Below, piece after piece: positions 37,140-48,499 of a DNA stretch of 64,000 bases. The number at the start of each line of letters is the position of its first letter. Position 1 is the stretch's first letter. Below the pieces are notes generated by a model. That model made no database searches. It was not told the origin of the DNA and was given only the letters and a program-made list of their open reading frames with translations. Origin of the DNA: Escherichia coli (lineage in GTDB: Bacteria > Pseudomonadota > Gammaproteobacteria > Enterobacterales > Enterobacteriaceae); NCBI RefSeq assembly GCF_044324785.1, contig NZ_CP172127.1. The stretch is one strand, 5' to 3'. A program made the position numbers and the translations under genes.

Positions 37140-37991
37140 ATGTATCACGACGTCAGCTATCTGCTCTCCCGCCTGATCAACGGCCCGCTGTCCCTGCGCC
37201 AGATTTACTTTGCCAGCAGTAACGGCCCGGTGCCCGATCTTGCGTATCAGGTCGATTTTCCACGACTGGAAATTGTGCTGGAAGGTGAGTTTGTTGATAC
37301 CGGCGCTGGAGCAACGTTAGTTCCCGGCGATGTGCTGTACGTTCCCGCTGGTGGCTGGAATTTTCCACAATGGCAAGCCCCCGCCACTACCTTTAGCGTG
37401 CTGTTTGGCAAACAGCAACTCGGCTTCAGCGTCGTGCAATGGGATGGCAAACAATATCAAAATCTGGCGAAGCAACACGTCGCCCGACGCGGCCCACGCA
37501 TAGGCTCTTTTCTGCTACAAACGCTCAATGAAATGCAAATGCAGTCGCAGGAGCAGCAAACGGCAAGGCTTATCGTCGCCAGCCTGCTTAGCCACTGCCG
37601 CGATTTGCTTGGCAGCCAAATCCAGACCGCCTCACGCAGCCAGGCACTGTTCGAAGCTATTCGTGATTATATCGACGAACGCTATGCCTCCGCGCTTACC
37701 CGCGAATCTGTCGCACAGGCATTCTATATTTCGCCAAATTACCTCTCGCACCTGTTTCAAAAAACGGGGGCCATTGGTTTTAACGAATACCTGAATCACA
37801 CGCGACTGGAGCACGCTAAGACGTTGTTGAAAGGCTATGACCTGAAGGTAAAAGAAGTGGCGCACGCCTGCGGCTTTGTCGACAGCAACTACTTCTGCCG
37901 TCTGTTTCGTAAAAATACCGAACGCTCACCGTCGGAATATCGTCGGCAGTACCACAGCCAACTGACAGAAAAACCGACTACTCCAGAATGA
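37140..37991 (+). CDS. yijO: AraC-family transcriptional regulator YijO
   Basis: 283 aa; C-terminal AraC-type HTH (...FNEYLNHTRLEHAKTLL...SPSEYRRQY). Confidence 0.88.
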   Translation: MYHDVSYLLSRLINGPLSLRQIYFASSNGPVPDLAYQVDFPRLEIVLEGEFVDTGAGATLVPGDVLYVPAGGWNFPQWQAPATTFSVLFGKQQLGFSVVQWDGKQYQNLAKQHVARRGPRIGSFLLQTLNEMQMQSQEQQTARLIVASLLSHCRDLLGSQIQTASRSQALFEAIRDYIDERYASALTRESVAQAFYISPNYLSHLFQKTGAIGFNEYLNHTRLEHAKTLLKGYDLKVKEVAHACGFVDSNYFCRLFRKNTERSPSEYRRQYHSQLTEKPTTPE

Positions 37992-38319
37992 GATGGGTTT
38001 GCTGCGGCGCAGAAAGCACTTTGCGTACCGCGCTCATCACCCGCTGCGGCTCACGCAGGAAAGCGTAGATGCTGCATTGCACATAGCGGCAATGTTCAAA
38101 TCGCTCGGCACCGGCAAGCTCGATATCCGTAATCAACAGAGCAACATCCGCGCGACGGATATCCTCGTCCGCTAAACGATTCTCCGTTCCCAACGCGCCC
38201 TGAGTTTCAATGCTGACGCCCCACTTCTCTAACAGGCACAACTTTTCCAGCCGTTCCGCCGCCATATAAGTATGCGCCACGCCGCTTACGCAGGCGGTTA
38301 CTGCCACCAGGTATGCCAT
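37978..38319 (-). CDS. frwD: PTS fructose-like EIIB component FrwD
   Basis: 113 aa; MAYLVAVTACVSGVAHTYMAAERLEKL... PTS EIIB active-site Cys context. Confidence 0.88.
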   Translation of the reverse strand: MAYLVAVTACVSGVAHTYMAAERLEKLCLLEKWGVSIETQGALGTENRLADEDIRRADVALLITDIELAGAERFEHCRYVQCSIYAFLREPQRVMSAVRKVLSAPQQTHLILE

Positions 38320-38320
38320 T

Positions 38321-39199
38321 TTAACCTCCCACGGTAACCTGAAATCCGGCCCGTTCTGCCATTTCGCGCATCGTTGCTACATCAGCTGACGACGGCGCAG
38401 GCACCTCTTTCATCGACCATGTTTTCCCCAGCAGGCGGTATTTTGGTTCGCCGTACTGATGAAACGGTAAAAGATGGATCTGCCTGATATTCAGCGGGAT
38501 CAGCACGTCCAGCGCCTGCTGCATATTCTCCCGGCTGAGCGTAAAACCAGGGATCAGCGGTAAACGCGGGATCACGTTGACGCCCTCACTCACCAGCAAA
38601 CGCAGATTCTCCAGCACGCGTGGCAGGTTCATCTTCACCACATCCCGCGCCTGAGTCACGTCCATAATTTTTAAATCGAACAACACTTCATCGCACAATT
38701 TCGCCAGCGGTAACAGCTTGCTGGCTGGCGCGTCTCCGGCAGTTTCAATGGCACATGACACACCCCACAGCCGCAGTCGCTGTAAAAAACGGGTAGCAAA
38801 TTCCGCCTGCATTAACACTTCGCCGCCAGAAAGCGTGACGCCGCCGCCGGACGTGCGAAAGAAAATGTCATCTTTCATCACTTCCCGTTCCAGCGCGTCA
38901 AGGCTGATATCGCGACCAATCCGTTCAAACGCCCCGGAGGGGCATTCATCCGCATCACGCAAACATTTCGCACAGTGCAGACATTTCGCCTCTCTGCGTA
39001 CCGTCTGGATTTTGCCTGAGATCGACTCCGGATTAGCACACCACGGGCAAAGATGCGGACAGCCTTTAAAAAAGACCACCGTACGAATGCCCTCGCCGTC
39101 ATTCAGTGAATAACGCTGAATGTTGAAAATGCGCGCCACATCATCGCGGCGCGTTTCCACAACGTTACAGCTGATGCGCTGTCCGGCGGATGATGTCAT
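38321..39199 (-). CDS. pflC: pyruvate formate-lyase 2 activating enzyme PflC (radical SAM)
   Basis: Translation from MTSSAGQRISCNVVETRRD... with radical-SAM cluster CPHLCPWC and an additional Cys-rich ferredoxin-like insert. Confidence 0.88.
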   Translation of the reverse strand: MTSSAGQRISCNVVETRRDDVARIFNIQRYSLNDGEGIRTVVFFKGCPHLCPWCANPESISGKIQTVRREAKCLHCAKCLRDADECPSGAFERIGRDISLDALEREVMKDDIFFRTSGGGVTLSGGEVLMQAEFATRFLQRLRLWGVSCAIETAGDAPASKLLPLAKLCDEVLFDLKIMDVTQARDVVKMNLPRVLENLRLLVSEGVNVIPRLPLIPGFTLSRENMQQALDVLIPLNIRQIHLLPFHQYGEPKYRLLGKTWSMKEVPAPSSADVATMREMAERAGFQVTVGG

Positions 39200-41462
39200 C
39201 CTGGATCTCCTTCGACAGTTCGACAAAGAAGGCGCTGTATCCGGCAACGCGCACCACCAGCCCGGCATAATCTTGTGGGCGCTGTTGCGCTTCCCGCAAC
39301 GTGTCGGCGTTCACCACGTTAAACTGAATGTGTTGTAACTTAAGCTGGGTAAATGCCCGTAAGAAGTCGGCCAGTTTGCGTAATCCCGCTTCACCTTCCA
39401 GGGTCGCCGGAGTGAATTTCACGTTCAGCAACGTACCGTTAGACAGCAGCGTATTATCGAGCTTACTGACTGACTTCAGTACCGCCGTTGGCCCTTGTGC
39501 GTCCTGACCCAGCATAGGTGACAAGCCGCCGTCTGCCAGTTGTTCCCCGGCAAAACGACCGTCTGGCGTCGCGCCAACCACCGATCCCAACGGGACGTGA
39601 GCAGAAACGGTATACGATCCCGGCGTGAAGTAGCCGCCGCGCGGGTTTTGGTATTTTTCCACTTCTTTGCAGTAGTGGCGTAACAGTTCGGCGCTAATGT
39701 TATCCACCTCGTCGATATCGTTACCGTATTTCTCGAAGCGGTTAATTAAGCGAGCGCGGACTTTTTCGCCTTCTGGCGTTGCGAAGTTGGCTTTTAATAC
39801 CGACAGCAATTCGTCAAAACTTAAACGCTGTTGATCAAAAACCATCCCTTTCAACGCATGGAGAGAATCGCTCAGGTTGGCGATACCAATTCCCTGTACG
39901 CCGGAGAAGTTATAACGCGCGCCGCCATCGGTAATATCGCGACCTTTTTCCAGACAATCGCTGATAAAAGACGAGAGCAGCGGTACAGGTGCCCAGTCGC
40001 GATGGCCGATATCACAAATATTGCTGCCCTCTACCATCAGGGTGATGTAGTGGCTGATCTTGGCGCGGATCTGCTCCAGTAAACCTTCATAAGTCAGCGC
40101 AGCATTGCCTTCATTTTCATGCAGGCAGATTTCCATCACTTTCAGCAGATTAAACATCGCGATGTCATGCAAGCCGTAGGTTCTGCCGGGAATAGATAAT
40201 TCCACACAGCCCACTACGGAATAGTCGCGCGCATCTTCCAGCGAAACGCCACGGTTGAGGAACGCTGGTACCACCACTTCATCGTTAAAGATTTGCGGAA
40301 TGCCGGTGCCGAGGCGAATGGTTTCTGCGGTTTTCATCAGGAACGGCGTGTCGATCAAGGCGTTAGTTCGCACACCGAGGTTCGGTTGCGGTAATTGCAC
40401 GCTTTGATAAGCGTCAAGGCAGAGGAACGAAAGCACGTTCACCGCGCTACGTCCGTTTTCGGTTAACCCGCCGAGCAGTGCGGTATAGCCGGTCGGGAAA
40501 CCTGCGAAATAACGCGCACTGCTGGTGGAGCGCAACAGCACGATGTCGTTGCATTTCACCCATAAAGATTCGAGCAGTTCTTTCAGGAACGCCGGATCTT
40601 CGCCCTGGGTTAATGATGCCTGATAGAACGGCAACATATACTGGTCGAAGCGCCCCAACGATAGCGAACTGGCGTTGGATTCGTATTGCAGAATGATGTT
40701 CATGTACCAGAATAACTGGCACGCCTGCCAGAACGTCTGCGGCTTATGTTCGGCGTTATGGCGAGAGATCTCCGCAATAGTCAGCAGTTCTTCGCGACGC
40801 TGGGCATCTGTGCAGTTTGCCGCCATCGTTTCCGCCAGTTCGGCGTAACGCAAAATGTGTTTCTGCGAGGCTTCGAGCAGTAACAGCGCTGCCTGATAAA
40901 AGTGATTCTCCGGCTGTTGCTGACAATGTTGCTGCATTTGCGCTACCAGCTCACCCAGCCCGTGATTCAGCAGGCGCGGGTAATCAATAATAATGTGCCC
41001 CTGGCCTTTATCCGTCTGGTTGATGCTGAAAATCTGCGTGCTGGTCGCGGCTTTTACTTCATCCGTCATCTGCCCGTTAATGAAATCTTTCATCGAACGT
41101 TTTTCCCAGTACGGGAACAACTCTTCGCGGTAGATACGTTTATCTTCTTCGCTGATAGCAAAGCGGTCCTGCGGACGCGTCGGGAATTGATCCAGCTCTT
41201 TCAGCAGCCAGTAAGGGTCCATTTCCGGCGACATAATCCCGGCGCGTGGTTTTACGGTGCGGTTACCGGCAATCAGTTCTTCATCACGAATCGAAATTTC
41301 AACATGTTCAAGGATATACGCTGTTGCTTTCGCCCGGCGCAATATCACCGGTTCGCCTTCGGTTTGCCGATGGCTGGCGGTATAAAGCAGCGCCCGCTCC
41401 AGCGAGATTTCACGGGTATTGGCAAACAGTGCAGTTTTGAGGCGAGAGATACGATTCGTCAT
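39165..41462 (-). CDS. pflD: glycyl-radical enzyme PflD (pyruvate formate-lyase 2 homologue)
   Basis: 765 aa; C-terminal glycyl radical motif ...VRVAGYSAFFVELS... Confidence 0.93.
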   Translation of the reverse strand: MTNRISRLKTALFANTREISLERALLYTASHRQTEGEPVILRRAKATAYILEHVEISIRDEELIAGNRTVKPRAGIMSPEMDPYWLLKELDQFPTRPQDRFAISEEDKRIYREELFPYWEKRSMKDFINGQMTDEVKAATSTQIFSINQTDKGQGHIIIDYPRLLNHGLGELVAQMQQHCQQQPENHFYQAALLLLEASQKHILRYAELAETMAANCTDAQRREELLTIAEISRHNAEHKPQTFWQACQLFWYMNIILQYESNASSLSLGRFDQYMLPFYQASLTQGEDPAFLKELLESLWVKCNDIVLLRSTSSARYFAGFPTGYTALLGGLTENGRSAVNVLSFLCLDAYQSVQLPQPNLGVRTNALIDTPFLMKTAETIRLGTGIPQIFNDEVVVPAFLNRGVSLEDARDYSVVGCVELSIPGRTYGLHDIAMFNLLKVMEICLHENEGNAALTYEGLLEQIRAKISHYITLMVEGSNICDIGHRDWAPVPLLSSFISDCLEKGRDITDGGARYNFSGVQGIGIANLSDSLHALKGMVFDQQRLSFDELLSVLKANFATPEGEKVRARLINRFEKYGNDIDEVDNISAELLRHYCKEVEKYQNPRGGYFTPGSYTVSAHVPLGSVVGATPDGRFAGEQLADGGLSPMLGQDAQGPTAVLKSVSKLDNTLLSNGTLLNVKFTPATLEGEAGLRKLADFLRAFTQLKLQHIQFNVVNADTLREAQQRPQDYAGLVVRVAGYSAFFVELSKEIQDDIIRRTAHQL

Positions 41463-41512
41463 GAGGAACTCCTGTGGGAAAGCGAACCCGCCCTTGCGAG
41501 CGGGAGAAGAAC

Positions 41513-41833
41513 TTAAGCGGTTTGTGCCAGGTGAGCTTCAATTTTGCTCATAATGGCATCAGCGCGTTTTACCGCGTCGCTGATGTTGACGCGCACGATG
41601 GTCTTGCCAGCAAAACGCTCTTCAAACTTGATGCCGATATCTTTGGTCAGAATCACCATATCGGCGCTCGCCACGTCTTCCGCAGTCAGTTCATTTTCCA
41701 GACCAATTGAGCCCTGGGTTTCTACTTTCACTTCCCAGCCTTTCGCTTTCGCGGCACTTTCCAGCGCCTCTGCCGCCATATAGGTATGGGCAACACCAGA
41801 TGGACACGCGGTTACTGCAATAATTTTCGTCAT
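41513..41833 (-). CDS. frwB: PTS fructose-like EIIB component FrwB
   Basis: 106 aa; MTKIIAVTACPSGVAHTYMAAEALESAAKAKGW... Confidence 0.9.
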   Translation of the reverse strand: MTKIIAVTACPSGVAHTYMAAEALESAAKAKGWEVKVETQGSIGLENELTAEDVASADMVILTKDIGIKFEERFAGKTIVRVNISDAVKRADAIMSKIEAHLAQTA

Positions 41834-41847
41834 GGCTCGTTCCTCAA

Positions 41848-42927
41848 TTAATTAATTTCAAAATCCAAATCCAGGTCGTCTTCCTTCTCATCAGTCGAAG
41901 ACCCATTTTTACGCGCCAGACTTTTCAGCACGTTCACGCAGACTGCTGTCACAACCGCCCCGACAGCCACTGCTGCGATATAACCCAGCTTGCCTTCAAC
42001 CACCGGCAGCACAATCAGACCACCCCAGCCTGCATAGCACTGCGCACCGACCAGCGCCGCAGTTACCGCACCACAAACTGAACCGACCATGATGGAAGGA
42101 ATGACACGCAGCGGATCGGCAGCGGCGAAAGGAATCGCCCCTTCAGTAACGCCAACACAGCCCATCACCAGTGCCGCCTTGCCGGTTTCGCGCTCTTCTG
42201 CGGAGAAATTTTTACGACCAATCAGCGTCGCCAGCCCCATCCCCAGCGGCGGGATACAAATACCCACGGCAGCAATGGCCACCACGGTATAAACACCCTG
42301 AGCAACGCAAATCAGCATGAAGGCATAGGCCACTTTGTTAACCGGGCCGCCCATATCGAACGCCAGCATCAGACCCATGATCACCGCCAGCATAACAATG
42401 CTGCCCTGCTGCATCCCCTGAAGCCACTGAGTCAGGCTGTTGGTCAATGCCCCCACAGGCTCGCCCAGCCCCCACATCATGACGCCAGCGGTAATCAGTG
42501 TGCCGACGATAGGAATAATGAAGATTGGCATCACCGAGCGCAGAACTTTATGCACCGGAATTTTCTTCAGGTAATGCACCACGATGCCGCCGATAATCCC
42601 GGCGATCAGCGCACCAAAAAAACCCGCACCAAAGCTGTTACCGACCCAGGCACCGATAGCGCACGGGGCCAGCGCAGAGCGTTCTGCAATGGAATAACCG
42701 ATGTAAGCGGCGAGGAAAGGCACCATCAGCGTCAACCCCGCAACGCCGATATCAAACAGTTTTTTCAGATTCGGATCGGCTACGGCATCCGGCACTGCGC
42801 CTTTGCCATACAACATGACGGAAACCGCCAGCAAAATACCGCCCGATACCACGAAGGGAATCATGTGTGAAACGCCCGTCATTAAATGCTGACGGGTATT
42901 TTTCAGGATCTGCACCAACTCATTCAT
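41848..42927 (-). CDS. frwC: PTS fructose-like EIIC permease FrwC
   Basis: 359 aa polytopic membrane protein. Confidence 0.9.
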   Translation of the reverse strand: MNELVQILKNTRQHLMTGVSHMIPFVVSGGILLAVSVMLYGKGAVPDAVADPNLKKLFDIGVAGLTLMVPFLAAYIGYSIAERSALAPCAIGAWVGNSFGAGFFGALIAGIIGGIVVHYLKKIPVHKVLRSVMPIFIIPIVGTLITAGVMMWGLGEPVGALTNSLTQWLQGMQQGSIVMLAVIMGLMLAFDMGGPVNKVAYAFMLICVAQGVYTVVAIAAVGICIPPLGMGLATLIGRKNFSAEERETGKAALVMGCVGVTEGAIPFAAADPLRVIPSIMVGSVCGAVTAALVGAQCYAGWGGLIVLPVVEGKLGYIAAVAVGAVVTAVCVNVLKSLARKNGSSTDEKEDDLDLDFEIN

Positions 42928-43235
42928 AAGCTGCTCCCGGGCTTGCGAAAGCCCATGTCCATATTTTTGATGGAAGAAACAATAGGCAATCGCAGGCGGA
43001 GCAAACAGTGGATAAAAAGGCCATTTACTGGACTTTTGTAATATCAGTACAAAAATGCGATCCGCCTCATAACTTGCGATAATCCGGAAGTACGCCGCAA
43101 AACGGCGTCTTGTGAGACGCGTCGCAAATTGACGGTTACATTACATTTGTCCAGCTTTTGGCAGATTTGTCACATGGCAGGCCGTTGTCGTGCGCTCTTA
43201 TCCTGTAAACAGAAAACCGTACCGGGAGAAAGGCA

Positions 43236-45737
43236 ATGGCCCTGATTGTGGAATTTATTTGTGAGCTACCTAACGGCGTCCATGCGCGTCCGGCAAGCCA
43301 CGTTGAAACGCTGTGTAATACTTTTTCATCACAAATTGAGTGGCATAACCTGCGCACTGACCGCAAGGGCAACGCCAAAAGCGCCCTTGCGCTGATTGGC
43401 ACCGATACGCTGGTGGGCGATAACTGCCAGTTGCTGATTTCCGGGGCCGACGAACAGGAAGCGTACCAGCGTTTAAGCCAATGGCTGCGCGATGAATTCC
43501 CCCACTGCGACGCACCGCTGGCGGAAGTTAAATCTGACGAGCTGGAGCCGCTGCCGGTTTCACTGACCAACCTGAATCCGCGAATTATCCGCGCCCGCAC
43601 CGTGTGCAGCGGTAGCGCAGGCGGCATTCTGACGCCGATCTCTTCTTTAGATCTCAATGCGCTGGGTAATCTTCCCGCTGCCAAAGGCGTTGACGCCGAG
43701 CAATCCGCGCTGGAAAACGGCCTGACGCTGGTACTGAAAAACATTGAGTTTCGTCTGCTGGATAGTGACGGTGCCACCAGCGCGATTCTGGAAGCGCACC
43801 GCTCCCTGGCTGGCGATACTTCCCTGCGCGAACATTTACTGGCAGGCGTCAGCGCCGGATTAAGCTGCGCCGAAGCAATTGTTGCCAGCGCGAATCACTT
43901 TTGTGAAGAGTTCACCCGTTCCAGCAGCAGCTACCTGCAAGAACGTGCCCTGGACGTACGCGACGTCTGCTTCCAGTTACTCCAGCAAATCTACGGTGAG
44001 CAACGCTTCCCGGCACCGGGCAAACTGACGCAGCCCGCCATTTGTATGGCTGATGAACTGACCCCCAGCCAGTTCCTCGAACTGGATAAAAATCACCTCA
44101 AAGGATTGTTGCTCAAAAGCGGCGGCACCACCTCACATACGGTGATCCTTGCCCGTTCGTTCAACATTCCGACGCTGGTTGGTGTGGATATTGATGCCCT
44201 TACCCCGTGGCAACATCAAACGATTTATATCGACGGCAACGCCGGAGCGATTGTGGTTGAGCCAGGGGAAGCCGTAGCCCGTTATTATCAGCAAGAAGCC
44301 CGCGTACAGGATGCCCTGCGTGAGCAACAGCGTGTCTGGCTGACCCAACAAGCCCGTACCGCTGACGGTATCCGCATTGAAATTGCTGCTAACATCGCTC
44401 ACTCCGTGGAAGCGCAGGCCGCATTCGGCAATGGTGCGGAAGGCGTTGGTTTGTTCCGCACTGAAATGCTCTATATGGATCGCACCAGCGCACCGGGCGA
44501 AAGCGAGTTGTATAACATTTTTTGTCAGGCGCTGGAGTCCGCCAACGGGCGCAGCATTATTGTGCGCACTATGGACATTGGCGGTGACAAACCCGTTGAT
44601 TATCTGAACATTCCCGCAGAGGCAAACCCGTTCCTCGGTTATCGCGCCGTGCGTATTTATGAAGAGTACGCGTCGTTATTTACCACACAACTACGGTCGA
44701 TTCTCCGTGCCTCCGCTCACGGCAGCCTGAAAATCATGATCCCGATGATCTCTTCAATGGAAGAGATCTTATGGGTGAAAGAAAAACTGGCGGAAGCCAA
44801 ACAGCAACTGCGTAACGAACACATTCCGTTTGATGAGAAGATCCAGCTCGGCATCATGCTGGAAGTGCCGTCGGTGATGTTCATCATCGATCAATGCTGT
44901 GAAGAGATTGATTTCTTTAGTATTGGTAGTAATGACCTGACGCAATATCTGCTGGCAGTGGATCGCGATAACGCTAAGGTTACTCGTCACTATAACAGCC
45001 TGAATCCAGCATTCTTGCGGGCGCTCGATTACGCCGTGCAGGCGGTGCATCGCCAGGGCAAATGGATTGGTCTGTGCGGTGAACTGGGAGCGAAAGGTTC
45101 CGTGCTGCCATTGCTGGTCGGTTTAGGGCTGGATGAACTCAGCATGAGCGCACCATCAATTCCGGCGGCGAAAGCGCGAATGGCGCAACTTGATAGCCGT
45201 GAGTGCCGCCAGTTGCTCAACCAGGCAATGGCCTGCCGTACTTCGCTGGAAGTGGAACACCTGCTGGCACAATTCCGCATGACCCAACAGGACGCACCAC
45301 TGGTCACCGCCGAGTGCATCACGCTGGAAAGCGACTGGCGCAGCAAAGAAGAAGTGCTCAAAGGCATGACCGATAACCTGCTGCTGGCAGGGCGCTGCCG
45401 CTATCCGCGTAAACTGGAAGCCGACTTGTGGGCGCGCGAGGCCGTTTTCTCTACCGGTCTGGGCTTTAGTTTTGCCATTCCACACAGCAAATCAGAACAC
45501 ATTGAGCAATCCACCATCAGCGTAGCGCGTCTGCAAGCGCCGGTGCGCTGGGGCGATGATGAAGCGCAATTCATCATTATGTTAACCCTGAACAAACACG
45601 CTGCGGGCGATCAGCATATGCGCATTTTCTCGCGCCTCGCTCGCCGCATCATGCACGAAGAATTCCGTAACGCGCTGGTTAACGCCGCCTCTGCCGACGC
45701 TATCGCCAGCCTGCTGCAACATGAACTGGAACTGTAA
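43236..45737 (+). CDS. ptsA: multidomain PTS protein PtsA/FrwA (HPr-like - Enzyme I - EIIA)
   Basis: 833 aa; N-terminal HPr-like domain (NGVHARPAS), central Enzyme I PEP-utilising domain, C-terminal EIIA-Fru-like domain. Confidence 0.93.
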   Translation: MALIVEFICELPNGVHARPASHVETLCNTFSSQIEWHNLRTDRKGNAKSALALIGTDTLVGDNCQLLISGADEQEAYQRLSQWLRDEFPHCDAPLAEVKSDELEPLPVSLTNLNPRIIRARTVCSGSAGGILTPISSLDLNALGNLPAAKGVDAEQSALENGLTLVLKNIEFRLLDSDGATSAILEAHRSLAGDTSLREHLLAGVSAGLSCAEAIVASANHFCEEFTRSSSSYLQERALDVRDVCFQLLQQIYGEQRFPAPGKLTQPAICMADELTPSQFLELDKNHLKGLLLKSGGTTSHTVILARSFNIPTLVGVDIDALTPWQHQTIYIDGNAGAIVVEPGEAVARYYQQEARVQDALREQQRVWLTQQARTADGIRIEIAANIAHSVEAQAAFGNGAEGVGLFRTEMLYMDRTSAPGESELYNIFCQALESANGRSIIVRTMDIGGDKPVDYLNIPAEANPFLGYRAVRIYEEYASLFTTQLRSILRASAHGSLKIMIPMISSMEEILWVKEKLAEAKQQLRNEHIPFDEKIQLGIMLEVPSVMFIIDQCCEEIDFFSIGSNDLTQYLLAVDRDNAKVTRHYNSLNPAFLRALDYAVQAVHRQGKWIGLCGELGAKGSVLPLLVGLGLDELSMSAPSIPAAKARMAQLDSRECRQLLNQAMACRTSLEVEHLLAQFRMTQQDAPLVTAECITLESDWRSKEEVLKGMTDNLLLAGRCRYPRKLEADLWAREAVFSTGLGFSFAIPHSKSEHIEQSTISVARLQAPVRWGDDEAQFIIMLTLNKHAAGDQHMRIFSRLARRIMHEEFRNALVNAASADAIASLLQHELEL

Positions 45738-45748
45738 AAGGAAACATC

Positions 45749-46411
45749 ATGGAACTGTATCTGGACACCGCTAACGTCGCAGAAGTCGAACGTCTGGCAC
45801 GCATATTCCCGATTGCCGGGGTGACAACTAACCCGAGCATTATCGCTGCCAGCAAGGAGTCCATCTGGGAAGTGCTGCCGCGTCTGCAAAAAGCGATTGG
45901 TGATGAAGGCATTCTGTTTGCACAGACCATGAGTCGTGATGCGCAGGGAATGGTGGAAGAAGCGAAGCGCCTGCGCGACACCATTCCGGGCATTGTGGTG
46001 AAAATCCCGGTGACTTCCGAAGGTCTGGCCGCCATTAAGATGCTGAAAAAAGAGGGTATTACTACACTTGGCACCGCAGTGTACAGTGCTGCACAAGGGT
46101 TACTGGCCGCGCTGGCAGGGGCAAAATACGTTGCTCCGTATGTTAATCGCGTAGATGCCCAGGGCGGAGACGGCATTCGTACGGTTCAGGAGCTGCAAGC
46201 ACTGTTAGAAATGCACGCGCCAGAAAGCATGGTGCTGGCAGCCAGCTTTAAAACGCCGCGTCAGGCGCTGGACTGTTTACTAGCAGGATGTGAATCCATC
46301 ACCCTGCCCTTAGATGTAGCGCAACAAATGCTCAACACCCCTGCGGTAGAGTCAGCTATAGAGAAGTTCGAACACGACTGGAATGCCGCATTTGGCACTA
46401 CTCATCTCTAA
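45749..46411 (+). CDS. fsaB: fructose-6-phosphate aldolase 2 FsaB (TalC)
   Basis: 220 aa; [33 protein letters not shown]... transaldolase-fold. Confidence 0.93.
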   Translation: MELYLDTANVAEVERLARIFPIAGVTTNPSIIAASKESIWEVLPRLQKAIGDEGILFAQTMSRDAQGMVEEAKRLRDTIPGIVVKIPVTSEGLAAIKMLKKEGITTLGTAVYSAAQGLLAALAGAKYVAPYVNRVDAQGGDGIRTVQELQALLEMHAPESMVLAASFKTPRQALDCLLAGCESITLPLDVAQQMLNTPAVESAIEKFEHDWNAAFGTTHL

Positions 46412-46421
46412 AGGAGCAATT

Positions 46422-47525
46422 ATGGACCGCATTATTCAATCACCGGGTAAATACATCCAGGGCGCTGATGTGATTAATCGTCTGGGAGAATACCTGAAGC
46501 CACTGGCAGAACGCTGGTTAGTGGTGGGTGACAAATTTGTTTTAGGTTTTGCTCAATCCACTGTCGAGAAAAGCTTTAAAGATGCTGGACTGGTAGTAGA
46601 AATTGCGCCGTTTGGCGGTGAATGTTCGCAAAATGAGATCGACCGTCTGCGTGGCATCGCGGAGACTGCGCAGTGTGGCGCAATTCTCGGTATCGGTGGC
46701 GGAAAAACCCTCGATACTGCCAAAGCACTGGCACATTTCATGGGTGTTCCGGTAGCGATCGCACCGACTATCGCCTCTACCGATGCACCGTGCAGCGCAT
46801 TGTCTGTTATCTACACCGATGATGGTGAATTTGACCGCTATCTGATGTTGCCAAATAACCCGAATATGGTCATTGTCGACACCAAAATCGTCGCTGGCGC
46901 ACCTGCACGTCTGTTAGCGGCGGGTATCGGCGATGCGCTGGCAACCTGGTTTGAAGCGCGTGCTTGCTCTCGTAGCGGCGCGACCACCATGGCGGGCGGC
47001 AAGTGCACCCAGGCGGCGCTGGCACTGGCTGAACTGTGCTACAACACCCTGCTGGAAGAAGGCGAAAAAGCGATGCTTGCCGCCGAACAGCATGTAGTGA
47101 CTCCGGCGCTGGAGCGCGTGATTGAAGCGAACACCTATTTGAGCGGCGTGGGTTTTGAAAGCGGAGGTCTGGCTGCGGCGCACGCAGTACATAACGGCCT
47201 GACCGCTATTCCAGATGCGCATCACTATTATCACGGTGAAAAAGTGGCATTCGGTACGCTGACGCAGCTGGTTCTGGAAAACGCGCCGGTGGAGGAAATC
47301 GAAACCGTAGCTGCACTTAGCCATGCGGTAGGTTTGCCAATAACTCTCGCTCAACTGGATATTAAAGAAGATGTCCCGGCGAAAATGCGAATTGTGGCAG
47401 AAGCGGCATGTGCAGAAGGTGAAACCATTCACAACATGCCTGGCGGCGCGACGCCAGATCAGGTTTACGCCGCACTGCTGGTAGCTGACCAGTATGGACA
47501 ACGTTTCCTGCAAGAGTGGGAATAA
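46422..47525 (+). CDS. gldA: glycerol dehydrogenase GldA
   Basis: Translation from [32 protein letters not shown]...; iron-containing alcohol dehydrogenase family; start 13 codons inside ORF-track start. Confidence 0.93.
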   Translation: MDRIIQSPGKYIQGADVINRLGEYLKPLAERWLVVGDKFVLGFAQSTVEKSFKDAGLVVEIAPFGGECSQNEIDRLRGIAETAQCGAILGIGGGKTLDTAKALAHFMGVPVAIAPTIASTDAPCSALSVIYTDDGEFDRYLMLPNNPNMVIVDTKIVAGAPARLLAAGIGDALATWFEARACSRSGATTMAGGKCTQAALALAELCYNTLLEEGEKAMLAAEQHVVTPALERVIEANTYLSGVGFESGGLAAAHAVHNGLTAIPDAHHYYHGEKVAFGTLTQLVLENAPVEEIETVAALSHAVGLPITLAQLDIKEDVPAKMRIVAEAACAEGETIHNMPGGATPDQVYAALLVADQYGQRFLQEWE

Positions 47526-47529
47526 CCTA

Positions 47530-47710
47530 CTCCAAACTCCCGGCTTGTCCGGGAGTTTGAGAGTGCAGGCAAAGTGGCTCACTCGTCACTGCGGGCATGT
47601 TTTTCCCCCTCGCCCTTTCAGGGAGAGGTGCGGGGTGAGGGTAAATATTCGCCCCGGAGCTGGCCTGTTCCCCTCACCCTAACCCTCTCCCCAAAGGGGA
47701 GAGGGGACTG
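47530..47710. repeat. cluster of intergenic palindromic repeat units (REP-like)
   Basis: Nested palindromes ctccaaactcccggcttgtccgggagtttgag and cccctcaccctaaccctctccccaaaggggagagggg; the latter is the inverse of the motif at 32072-32094. Confidence 0.65.
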
Positions 47711-47855
47711 TTCGAGCACTTTTTATACGTTATCACCCGTCTGAAACTCCCACGTTGTTCAGGAATTTTTTATCCGCTTCTGGACATTTTCTCTACAGAA
47801 CAATCGTTAGCCCGGTAGGTCGAATCTGTGACTCTTATTTTCACGGACGAACCAG

Positions 47856-48473
47856 ATGAAAGCTTCACTGGCGCTGGTCAGCCTGCTAACGGCATTTACC
47901 AGCCACTCCTTAAAATCTCCCGCCATTCCACCAACCGTGGTACAAATTCAGGCCAACACCAACCTTGCCATCGCAGACGGTGCCAGACAGCAAATTGGCA
48001 GCACTCTATTTTACGATCCGGCGTATGTGCAGCTTACCTATCCTGGCGGTGATGTCCCACAAGAACGCGGTGTATGTTCCGATGTGGTGATCCGTGCATT
48101 GCGCAGCCAGAAGGTTGATTTGCAGAAACTGGTTCACGAAGATATGGCGAAGAATTTTGCCGATTATCCGCAAAAGTGGAAGTTAAAGCGCCCGGACAGC
48201 AACATCGATCACCGTCGGGTGCCTAATCTGGAAACCTGGTTTACCCGCCACGATAAAACACGCCCCACCAGCAAGAACCCCAGTGACTATCAAGCGGGCG
48301 ATATTGTCTCCTGGCGACTGGATAACGGGCTGGCGCATATTGGGGTGGTGTCAGATGGCTGTGCCCGCGACGGTACGCCGCTGGTGATACATAACATTGG
48401 CGCAGGCGCGCAGGAAGAAGACGTGCTGTTTAGCTGGCGGATGGTGGGGCACTATCGGTATTTTGTTCAATAA
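47856..48473 (+). CDS. yijF: conserved secreted protein YijF (DUF1287)
   Basis: 205 aa with N-terminal signal peptide MKASLALVSLLTAFTSHS. Confidence 0.85.
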   Translation: MKASLALVSLLTAFTSHSLKSPAIPPTVVQIQANTNLAIADGARQQIGSTLFYDPAYVQLTYPGGDVPQERGVCSDVVIRALRSQKVDLQKLVHEDMAKNFADYPQKWKLKRPDSNIDHRRVPNLETWFTRHDKTRPTSKNPSDYQAGDIVSWRLDNGLAHIGVVSDGCARDGTPLVIHNIGAGAQEEDVLFSWRMVGHYRYFVQ

Positions 48474-48499
48474 GCGATCGCCCCACATGAAGAAAAAAT

